A DNA stretch of 21,914 bases, taken from assembly GCA_030141605.1 (NCBI GenBank), contig JAQGDQ010001895.1, forward strand, positions 1-21,914, read 5' to 3'. A program made the translations under genes and the position numbers. Below are positions 9,232 to 18,964 of this stretch, piece by piece. The notes beneath the pieces are model-generated. The model searched no databases. It saw only the letters and a list, made by a program, of their open reading frames with translations, and was not told the origin of the DNA. The DNA is from Tubiluchus corallicola (lineage: Eukaryota > Animalia > Priapulida). How positions within the stretch are numbered: the stretch's first letter is position 1; the number at the start of each line of letters is the position of its first letter.

Positions 9232-10216
9232 TTTTTTGCATATTAATTGCGGTAGTTTGATTTTTGAAAGTATGTTAATAGATGAAACAATCGAAATTTT
9301 GTTTGACTGGTTCTGCGTTATTATGCATTTAATATCAATGCTTTGGCAAATGACAATAGCAGAAAAGGCTTGTACGGTGAATCAAAATTAAACAGTAAGC
9401 ACTTCAACAGAAATAATGTCCAGGTAACGTTTGTGGAGGACTGTCTCGTCAAAAAGAGATGAATTCAAGACACAAGACGGCATAAACCAAGCGTGCCAAT
9501 CTAAAAGTATTTAAGTTTACTAAGGAGATTTACCAGATTATAATTACATACATGTATGTTGAGTAGGAAGTCCTTTTTATGGTAATAATAAAGGTAAATG
9601 TGAACTTCTCGTTTTTCTCAGAGAATCTTATGCTTCAAAAGATAATTTTATATAAGTGTACACGGTACAGGTACATATATATGAATTTAAATTTGAATTC
9701 GCTCTTGTATTGAACATTTGTATTTGTGTGGAACAGTTAACCCCAATGTCCTGGAATATATTACGATAACTAAACCTAATTATAATACATTTACTCATAA
9801 ATACGAACACTAAAAATAATATTAGCATTAATATTGGATGTACTCAATAATAAATCATACACTTTTAAAATACTTTGTTGCTGCTGATTTTTTTTATCTA
9901 TATTAGATATTTCTTAATCAGATAAATGCATAAGCTTAAAAATACTAGAAAATATTAAAGACGATTTTGTTGTCAACATTAATATCATTTAATTACAAAA
10001 ATCGTTGACAATTTGCGCTTACATTAAGAGATAGTCAAAACCTGCACTCATTATAGTTTGCATACAGACATTTAGTTACTTTTTAATTTACTAATTTTAG
10101 TTTTGCCACCAACGAAGTTAAAATAAACAATAGTCGTTACAAGATTTTTATATATATTTTTTCTGAATTAGAGTTCTGTTAATAGAGAATGTGGATCTTT
10201 GAATAGCCTTTCCTGA

Positions 10217-10431
10217 GCGCCTCCCCCAAGCTTTATGATTGGAAAAAGCACTTTCCATTTTCACTAGGAGATGGACAATCAAAATAACCAACTTTGAGAT
10301 GCCTTCACTACAATAGGACAAGTTAACTGTGAAAACAATGATTAGCGCTTGCTGAAAAGAGAAACTGTCACTTATATGATACCTGCAATGAGCCATATTC
10401 CGTATTTCTCTGTAATAAGAAGAAAAGCTGC
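10217..10431 (+). mobile_element. Possible decayed piggyBac-type transposase C-terminal Cys-rich fragment
   Basis: Stop-riddled translation SASPKLYDWKKHFP..PTLRCLH..KRETVT/..DTC..VFLC..KSC resembles the HFP..RC..C..R.ET..C..C..LC..C pattern. TTAA-CCC at 9737-9743 could be a left end; no matching right TIR was found. Confidence 0.35.
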
Positions 10432-12661
10432 ATATAGTAGTTGGTCAAGAATTTGTAGTTTAAATTTTATTTTACGTGTGTATATGTTTGTATATAGCTT
10501 TTAGCTGAAATAAACTGCCCTATCAAAACCTTCCAGAGGCAGAAACCGGATGTCTAATGAGCAAGATGAAAAGCTCAGCAGCTGTCTACTTTAATTAATC
10601 CCATAATATGCTATGTAGCTTACAAATTGTCAATGAAATTGCATATATGACTAACACATTGATTGTTTTCCTACCAAATACAGATAAGTTATGAGGATAG
10701 TTGCATTCTTTATGCTTCGAGTTTTTTACGTAAGGCAAAAACGTGAAAATGTGAAAAATGGATGCGATTTCGATGCATATTATGTTTTTGTTTGTATTCC
10801 AAATGTAAAAATACTTCTAAATCTTGATTAAATTAAATACGTAATGGCTTTTACAGACTCATAAACAGAAAAAGGTTAGTTCGGTACCAGCAGATGTGTG
10901 TGGAGGCGAATTTTTTTTAAAAAAGTCTGAAAATATAAATTAAAAAAATCAAAACTTTTTATATACATAAAAAATTACAAAAACAATACCTTACAAACAG
11001 AAGCACAAAAAACATATTTGAACAATATGGACTTTACAGGACTTAATTGCACTTCAGACAAAGAACAAAATGGTGCATTGCCAATAACGTAGAACAAAAC
11101 AGACATAACATGATTCAAACAATTCCAGGTTACACAAGCACACATGCCATTACATATAAAACAACTTTTACAATAATACTCATAACACTGTACAGCAACA
11201 TGCACTCATTAACAGACACACTATAGCAGAAGCATGCTCAAGGATATTTACCTATGGTTATATATAGAGAGCTAGCACGTTTTAAAATAATTATTTCCAA
11301 CCAATAATTTTAACCAGCATTGGATAAAAAAGACTTCTATAAACAGACATTATTAAATTGAAAGTCGTTATAGTTATTAAATTAATATAAAATACAAGTA
11401 TATATAACAAAATTTAATTTAACTCAACTCTCCCCGATAGGTCAATCCTAAGATTTGGAGGGAAACTAACAAGGAAAATGGCAGGTGCTAGGAATCTTTG
11501 AACATCTGATGTTTGTAAGTAATTGTATTTATAACTTCAATTTTGTACTGCATTTTAAAACTCTATATGAACTTTTAACCATGCATTACAGTTAAATTGT
11601 AATTTTTGGTAATTTTTTTTATTAAAATGCTTAGAAAAAATTTAAACAAAACAACTCTACTCTGTGTTTAACGAATTTTTCTCTGAAATAACTTATAATC
11701 TGACGTTAGCATCCCATTTTCCTGCCCTTTTAAGTAACATTTAAAGAGCAATTATTTCTCAACTCATCAAAAAATTCTGTCAAGAACTTACTTTAAAAAA
11801 CCAGTAATTATAACATATTTAAATCCTTTTAGTTATATCTACTAAAATAATGTAAAACCATGGTTTTCTGAAAATCTTTTGCAAAATCTACTAAATATAA
11901 ATCTCCTCTTTACAATAATTTAAATTAAAGCATCTAAATCAATTTACTCTAAATAACATTCAACTTAAAACAGCACAAATACTTATAAATATAACAAAAT
12001 TGTTTTAAGAATTCCTTGTGTTATGTGTACGTATATACTCGTTTGTATACATGTAAAAAAGGAGGACTGTGTGTTGCAGAGCACAGCTTAGCAACATTCA
12101 GTTAGCTGTGCTTGACAGGTTAAGTGAACCCAAGGGCTCTGCCTGAGGGTGGGATATGCCTATCCCAAATACACGAAGACTGAGGCTGGCGGAAAGCGCG
12201 GAAGAAACCGGTCTGGTTCAACGGGCAAGAAGGCAGTCGCAGCGAAGTGCTGTGGAGCGCAAACAGGGCACAACAAGGCACCGGAGATGCTGATGGCCAT
12301 CCACTGCATCCGGACCCTTCTCCAGTCGTCTCGACTATGTCATGCCACTGGGTAAAGAAGGGCGAGGACGAGAGAGTGAGGCTGACGACATTGCGCAACT
12401 CTCCCTCACTTAAATCAATTTAACGCGCAAGTCATGACTTCATCCCCACCCCCTCCCCCTATACCTACAAAAAGTCCTGCGGCGATGGACAGCGTGGCGA
12501 AGCGGTAGGTGTGGATACACTGGTAGCCGTAGCCACTCTTCTGCACGTAGGCGGCTCAGGCCATAGGGTCGCTTTCCACCGAACCGAAGCAGCGTTGGAA
12601 TTCGGCAGCCACCTGAGTGACGAAGCAGCCCTTTTCAGGATTGCACTGCTTCCCCCCTTAG

Positions 12662-15600
12662 CACGGGGAAAGGGCTAGAAAAGGTGCCCCAAACATTGCC
12701 TGCTTCACCTCACCCTGGCTAGCACGCCGCGGCTGGCGGGGATCCCAACTTAGCGGTAAGAAGCAAAAAAAGGAAAGTAACGAGCGGAGAAAACCGCTAA
12801 CACTTGGCGCATGGAATGTGCGCACTCTGCAAGACCGGATTGGAGCTGACAGACCAGCCAGAAGAACAGCACTCATAGCTAGCGAGCTGGCTAGGTATAA
12901 TGTCGACATAGCTGCACTCAGCGAAACTCGCTTTGCCGAAGAGGGACAACTGCCAGAAAACAAAATAGGCTACACCTTCTTCTGGATTGGCAAAAAACTA
13001 GTTGAACACAGAGAGGCAGGCGTGGGTTTTGCCATCAAAACATCTTTGCTAAAAACATTGCAATCTCCACCAAAAGGCATCAATGAAAGACTAATGACAC
13101 TACGATTGCCACTGTCAAAAAAGAGACACGCCACCATCATAAGTGCATATGCACCCACAATGACAAACCCAGAGGCTACCAAAGAAAAATTCTACAGCGA
13201 CCTAAATGAAGCCATCTCTGCAGTCCCACAAGCAGATAAACTACTCATACTAGGTGATTTCAATGCCAGAGTCGGAAAAGACCATGACACATGGAAAGGC
13301 GTCTTAGGAAAGAACGGCACCGGTAACTGCAACAGCAATGGACTTCTGCTCCTGGAAACTTGCGCATCCCATGAGTTGCTCATCACTAACTCTGTATTCC
13401 GTCTTCCTCACCGAAACAGAACATCATGGAAACATCCACGATCACAGAAGTGGCATCTACTAGATTATCTTATCGTCAGACAGAGAGACAAACAAGATGT
13501 CAGAGTAACAAAGGCAATGTGCGGTGCAGAATGTTGGACAGACCACCGGCTTATACTGTCCAAACTAAACATCAGAATCCACTCCCCAAGAAGACCGCAG
13601 GGAAAACCGGCACCCAAGAGGCTGAATATCTCGAAGTTGAAAATGGAAAACGTCAGGCAATCATTCATAAATGACATGGACGATAGATTAGAGGCATTGG
13701 ATAATAGTTATCTAGACCCTGAAACTCAATGGAAAGCCCTTAGTGATGCCATTTACTCCTCTGCACTAGAAACCATTGGGCCCTGCACCAGAAAACACCA
13801 AGACTGGTTTGAGGAAAACAACGATCACATCCAGACCCTACTAAATGAAAAGCACCAATGTCACAGAGCTTTTATAAACAACCCCAAGTGTCCAGCAAAG
13901 AAAACTGCCTTCACCAATGCCAAAAGAAAAGTCCAAAAGGAGCTCAGAGCCATGCAGGACTCCTGGCTAAGTGCAAAAGCTGACCAAATTCAAACCTTCG
14001 CAGACAGAAAGGATCAAAAGAACTTTTATCAGGCTATCAAAGCTATTTACGGACCGCCCAAGTCTGGCACAACACCAATTCTTAGTGCCGATAGATCAAC
14101 CCTTCTCACTGAAAATGATAAGATTCTCCAACGCTGGGCTGAACATTTCAACATCATTCTAAATCGACCATCCTCAATAAATGACGAGGCCATAGAAAGA
14201 CTACCCCAAGTCCCTATCAACAGATCTCTTGAAAATCTCCCATCAGAGAAAGAGGTAGAGAAAGCCATAAAGAGCCTGTCCAGCGGCAAAGCACCCGGAG
14301 CTGACTCCATCCCAGCTGAAATATATGCAAACGGCGGCCCTAAACTACAGACAAAACTGACGGAGCTGTTCCAATTTATGTGGAAACAAGAAAAACTACC
14401 GCAAGACTTCAAAGATGCCACAATCATCCACCTCTATAAGCGGAAAGGAAACAGACAGCAGTGCGACAATCACAGGGGCATCTCACTCCTATCGATTGCT
14501 GGCAAAATCCTGGCAAGAATTCTTCTAGATCGTCTCAACACACACCTAGAGAAAGATCTTCTACCTGAAAGTCAGTGTGGCTTTAGACAGGGACGCAGCA
14601 CAGTTGATATGATCTTTGCAGTGCGGCAGCTGCAAGAAAAATCCAGAGAACAACATGTCAACCTACTGACAACCTTCGTTGACCTCACTAAGGCCTTCGA
14701 CACCGTGTCTCGCGAAGGACTCTGGAAAATCATGGCTAAATTTGGATGCCCTGACAAGTTTATAAAGCTGATCAGAGAATTCCATGATGGTATGCAAGCG
14801 ACAGTTCAGGACAACGGGAAATATTCCGACCCATTCGCAGTCTCCAACGGCGTAAAACAGGGCTGTGTGCTGGCACCGACTCTCTTCAGCATGATGTTCT
14901 CCGCAATGCTCACCGATGCATACAGAGACAGGAATGTCGGTATTGACATCCGTTACAGGACAGATGGAAAACTTTTCAATCTTCGCAGACTGCAGGCCAA
15001 GACCAAAGTCAAAGAAGACACCATCCGTGACCTCTTATTTGCAGACGACTGCGCTCTCAATGCCACCTCAGAGCAAGACATGCAGGAAAGTGTTAACCTC
15101 TTTGCACAGGCATGCGATGATTTTGGCCTCACTATTAACACAAAAAAGACAGAGGTCCTACTTCAGCCTGCCCCTGACAGCACATATGTAGAACCAACCA
15201 TCACTATCAAAAATGAGAAACTGACGGCAGCCAACAAGTTCGTTTACTTGGGTAGCACCCTATCAAGATCAGCTACCATTGATGATGAAGCAGCCTTCAG
15301 AATATCAAGAGCCAGTGCAGCCTTTGGAAACCTAAGAACAACATGCTGGGAAAGACGAGGCATCAAGCTGTCAACTAAACTCAAAGTCTACAATGCTGTA
15401 GTCATTCCATCTCTGCTGTATGCCTGCGAGTCGTGGACAGTCTATAGTCGCCATGCCAGACAACTAAACTCCTTCCACCTGCGTTGTCTAAGACGACTCC
15501 TCAAGATCAGCTGGCAGGACTACATACCAGACACTGAAGTCCTCGAGAGAGCACAATCCATCAGTGTTCATGCAATGCTTAAGGCAGCACAACTGAAATG

Positions 15601-15988
15601 GGCTGGTCATGTTCGACGTATGGAAGATCACAGACTGCCAAAGAGACTCATGTACTGCGAGCTGAAAGAAGGGCAACGGTCAGTTGGAGGGCAACGGAAA
15701 AGATACAAAGACACCCTCAAAGCCAGCCTGAAAGAATGCAACATCAATGTCGACTCCTGGGAAGATGTGGCACAGGAGAGATCACGTTGGCGGTCCCTCA
15801 TCAAATCGGGAGTGAGCAACTATGAGTCCAGGCGCATCCAAGCTAGGCAGGAGAAAAGACAGCTTCGAAAAGACAGAGAACGCAATGCCTATCAAGATAC
15901 ACCATTCTTATGTCCTCACTGCAGGAGGTTCTCAGCAAGAATCGGGCTTATAAGCCACCTCCGTACCCATCTTATGGCGTCAGAATGA
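12662..15988 (+). CDS. RTE polyprotein: APE endonuclease, reverse transcriptase, C-terminal C2H2-like finger (intact; start codon undefined)
   Basis: Open from 12662 (after TAG 12659-61). Motifs LTLGAWNVRTL, AALSETR, GVGFAI, SAYAPT, GDFNARVG, LDYL, TDHRL, KAPGAD, RGISLL, QCGFR, FVDLTKAFD, GVKQGCVLAP, LLFADD, FVYLGS, WAGHV, CPHC-x11-H-x3-H. The ORF-track start at 12818 is an internal GTG. Confidence 0.95.
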   Translation, partial: HGERARKGAPNIACFTSPWLARRGWRGSQLSGKKQKKESNERRKPLTLGAWNVRTLQDRIGADRPARRTALIASELARYNVDIAALSETRFAEEGQLPENKIGYTFFWIGKKLVEHREAGVGFAIKTSLLKTLQSPPKGINERLMTLRLPLSKKRHATIISAYAPTMTNPEATKEKFYSDLNEAISAVPQADKLLILGDFNARVGKDHDTWKGVLGKNGTGNCNSNGLLLLETCASHELLITNSVFRLPHRNRTSWKHPRSQKWHLLDYLIVRQRDKQDVRVTKAMCGAECWTDHRLILSKLNIRIHSPRRPQGKPAPKRLNISKLKMENVRQSFINDMDDRLEALDNSYLDPETQWKALSDAIYSSALETIGPCTRKHQDWFEENNDHIQTLLNEKHQCHRAFINNPKCPAKKTAFTNAKRKVQKELRAMQDSWLSAKADQIQTFADRKDQKNFYQAIKAIYGPPKSGTTPILSADRSTLLTENDKILQRWAEHFNIILNRPSSINDEAIERLPQVPINRSLENLPSEKEVEKAIKSLSSGKAPGADSIPAEIYANGGPKLQTKLTELFQFMWKQEKLPQDFKDATIIHLYKRKGNRQQCDNHRGISLLSIAGKILARILLDRLNTHLEKDLLPESQCGFRQGRSTVDMIFAVRQLQEKSREQHVNLLTTFVDLTKAFDTVSREGLWKIMAKFGCPDKFIKLIREFHDGMQATVQDNGKYSDPFAVSNGVKQGCVLAPTLFSMMFSAMLTDAYRDRNVGIDIRYRTDGKLFNLRRLQAKTKVKEDTIRDLLFADDCALNATSEQDMQESVNLFAQACDDFGLTINTKKTEVLLQPAPDSTYVEPTITIKNEKLTAANKFVYLGSTLSRSATIDDEAAFRISRASAAFGNLRTTCWERRGIKLSTKLKVYNAVVIPSLLYACESWTVYSRHARQLNSFHLRCLRRLLKISWQDYIPDTEVLERAQSISVHAMLKAAQLKWAGHVRRMEDHRLPKRLMYCELKEGQRSVGGQRKRYKDTLKASLKECNINVDSWEDVAQERSRWRSLIKSGVSNYESRRIQARQEKRQLRKDRERNAYQDTPFLCPHCRRFSARIGLISHLRTHLMASE

Positions 15989-15995
15989 AGTCATG

Positions 15996-16030
15996 GTCCT
16001 CTTCGACTATGAAGGACGAACTACTACTAC
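15996..16030 (+). other. RTE 3' stem-loop and CTA-repeat tail
   Basis: GTC-CT-CTTC-GACTAT-GAAG-GAC hairpin followed by ACTACTACTAC. Confidence 0.7.
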
Positions 16031-17358
16031 GAGTTGAGGAGTAAGCAGCCAAAACTCGACTCTCAAGTTCCTCCTGATGACTCCAAAAACCTGTATTTGT
16101 ATTTATTTTTTGTCTTCCTTACTCCTTTCATAACATATTTCTTGCAAAATATTATAACTATACGTATACAAAATTTCTCTCCATTAATACAAACTATTTT
16201 ATGATTATTAATTACACTCCTGCAAAAATGAGAATATAATCACTTCTCAAAAAACTAAAACTATAATACGTAAACCTACTCCCATGATCTTCTTTCTCCA
16301 AACTGTTTTTAGCACTATCCTGTTCTTACTGACCTACCTTACTTTCCCTTTTTCACATTTATTACATAATTCTTTTCTCTCTAGTACAAACTACATATAC
16401 TGACAAATGCCAGGTGCCACTTGCTGGTCGGCCGCTGCTTTGTGATATGCTTGAGTGCAACCTAAAGACATGTGCTCGCATCTAGCATAGCCTCTGTGGT
16501 TATCGCATTTCTATGACCAATTTTTACATTGGTTTTCACAAACAAAAAAATGAAACTTTAAATTTACCGCTGTGCTCACACATGAGCTGCCGAACATGTG
16601 CAGTTCGTCACAAATTGACACATCTGAACTGAGAAGTACAGCACCAGTTTTTTGTGCAGGCACTAGTGGCCGTCTAACTAGCGAATGGTGAAATGCATGT
16701 AACAGTGAAGAACTAGTGGTGCGAACGTGAAATTACTTTTATGTGGTAATAATTGTTTCACGTAAGTCATTTTTTAAAAAATAGCGTGTTTCCTTTCAAT
16801 ATTTTAAACAGTAGATTGTTTTGACCAACAGTTTAAGTTTGGGTCTTGTTTTCCTTTAATGTTGGTTGAATCAGATTGCCCTAAACGGTAATTTTCTTAC
16901 ACAAAAATAAACACAAAATCGTGTTCGATATTATCGAAAATTGATTCTTTTATTATTCTTTTATTAATTTAAAATACATCTATAAACTGAAGTAAAGAGA
17001 CTTATATGTCCATTAAAAACATCGTAAAATGATAACGAAAAATATAGTTTTAAGAAGGAGCACCCTGACAGATAAGAACGGAAATATGAAACTTGTTTGT
17101 GTTTGCAGGAATGGTAATTTACCCAATTGTCAACAGATCCGAGTTTTTAACCTCCAAGATAGCATGTCTGCTGAAAGAAATGGCGGGAAAACATGATTTG
17201 GAGAATTCTACCAAGACAAAGAAAGTCATTAAACTCAATAATTGAGGACAACTTCAAGTATAAAAGGTTTGCGTCTCAATGCTTGCGTATCATAAAACGC
17301 AAGAGCATTTTAGATGTAAATTATCTATTCGTAAGCAAAAAAAGTCAAGATGATGACT

Positions 17359-18122
17359 CGGTGGCGTCGTGCTATAGGGCCCCGGGGCCCCCCAGTCCCC
17401 CCATTTTTTTAGAAAATGTCAAAGAGAGAAACATGAGAACTCGAGGGCAAACGGTATTTCCGACTTTTTGACTCACAATAGCGGGCCAGCGCTCCATAAA
17501 TGCGAACAGTATGAGCGTTTCGGTACAGTAGCCCAATAATATTTTTTATCATTGAAGTTTGTCGCCGAGTTGAGTTAAATTATTCTGACTGTTAATACGT
17601 GCCTGACCAGATGTGTTTACCTGAAAGTCAGGATGTAGTTAATTTGTTTGCATGTAATCTATTCAGGAGGCAGGCAGGAACAGTTAACAAAGCAGCTCGT
17701 TGAGTAGCATTAGCGTCTTTGCACAAAAGACTGTTAGTTAACAAAACGGCTCAGTTAGCACTCGAGCTTCGTTCAGCAGTGTGCTATAATAGAGAACAAG
17801 TGAAATAATAGAGAAAAAACAATGCAAACATTGAAGTCATGTCGAGCTAGCCTAGTACCAGAGAGTCAGTTTGTCGAGCTAGCCTAGTACCAGAGAGTCG
17901 GTTTGGGAGATACCAATTGATGAGCCAAGGCGCAGCCACCTCCTGATTGGACAGTACCGACTCTTTGCTACTCCTTAGCGACTCTTTCCCACGAGTTTGC
18001 TGCATAAAAGGGCGTGATTTTGAGCAGATACTGTGTGGGAATTCAAAATTATACGTTTAAACAGTTCTGCCATTATATACAGTCGGGCCCCCCTAATTTT
18101 TTTTTGGTGCACAACGCCCCTG
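17359..18122. mobile_element. Non-autonomous DNA transposon (hAT-like MITE, 764 bp)
   Basis: Absent from the paralogous site at 6341-6350. Imperfect TIRs CGGTGGCGTCGTGCT / TGCACAACGCCCCTG (11/15), flanking 8-mers TGATGACT / TGATGATG, subterminal GGGCCCCC tracts. Confidence 0.75.
17840..17903 (+). repeat. 32-bp tandem duplication inside the MITE
   Basis: TGTCGAGCTAGCCTAGTACCAGAGAGTC(A/G)GTT x2, one mismatch. Confidence 0.9.
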
Positions 18123-18124
18123 TG

Positions 18125-18170
18125 ATGATGTTAATGTCAACGTTCATTATGGCTTCGCTACTTGTTCTTG
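18125..18170 (+). CDS. Pentraxin exon 1, second copy (MMLMSTFIMASLLVLG)
   Basis: One substitution relative to 6344-6389; same G|GTAAGT donor. Confidence 0.65.
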
Positions 18171-18964
18171 GTAAGTTACTAAGTAATGTTAATGTTCAAT
18201 TTTATGTAAGTCGTATTTGAGAAATCGGTAGAAAGTTTGCAAATTTTTTTGCAAAGGGCGGCAACGTTGGCGCGGAAATAGTGAAGACGTGTTTTTTGTG
18301 ATCCGGAGATTTAGGAATTTAAAATACCACTAAATACTTTCAAATTGTGTATATGAGTGTTTGTGAAAAAAATAGCGTGAAAAATAATTACGTCTGGGAA
18401 GTGCAAACTTCTGTTAGAGAACAGTTGAAAATAAAAGTGGAATTTGAAAAATCAAGATGGCGTTAATGGGAAGCTAACAGCATAACAGCTGAAACTTCGT
18501 CTTATATAACTGATCTTTTTTAAAGACAGAAACTGGAAATAATTTCCTATTAACCGCATAAAAGTATAACATGGCAAATTTGAGATAGGGAAAGTATCAG
18601 AGTAGTTGAGGTATAATCAATTCTATTAGTACTATTACAAATTCATAGAACCAGTTAAATTAATTACAATTACTAACTTAAGGTTTTTTAAGACTAAAAT
18701 GACAAGCCGTGCTACTGGTGAAAGGGATGCAGCAGTAGCTAATAAGAAGGACACTTAGGAGTCACGGTGGCTTGGTGACAAAAGGCAGCATAGATCATAT
18801 ACTAATTTTTTTTTTCTTAGGGGGGGTAAGTAGTCAAGTAAAACTAGTTTGCATGCATGAAACAAAATAGACAAAAATAATAAAAAACAGTCAATATAAG
18901 GATTTACCCAAACATCTCTATAATAGTTCACTAATTCACTAAACATACTAAACAACGTAATAAA

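Larger units (their letters stand above)
12061..16030 (+). mobile_element. Full-length RTE-clade non-LTR retrotransposon
   Basis: Sharp rise in GC at 12061, ~0.6-0.75 kb 5'UTR, single APE-RT ORF, very short 3'UTR GTCATGGTCCTCTTCG..GAAGGAC and (CTA)3 tail at 16021-16030. Confidence 0.95.
16583..18245 (+). repeat. Second (diverged) copy of pentraxin upstream region/exon 1/intron 1 start
   Basis: Aligns with 5665-6464 apart from two insertions. Confidence 0.93.

Noticed and set aside
10975-11205. Cys-rich 76-aa minus-strand ORF; G-poor tracts 10960-12050 and 16031-16400 as an old antisense LINE
   Set aside because: The TG-rich strand bias explains the Cys/Val content, and no convincing protein motif could be recovered by eye.
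12120-15825. Short alternative-frame and antisense ORFs within the RTE, including 12149-12355
   Set aside because: No recognisable domains; expected in GC-richer sequence. A small uORF role cannot be excluded but is unsupported.
12818-15988. Prokaryotic RT system (retron, DGR, group II intron, defence RT)
   Set aside because: The APE-RT fusion with a 3' microsatellite tail is a eukaryotic RTE LINE, and the neighbouring gene has spliceosomal introns.
17840-17903. CRISPR-like 32-bp repeats
   Set aside because: Only two adjacent copies with no spacer, no cas genes, and a eukaryotic context.
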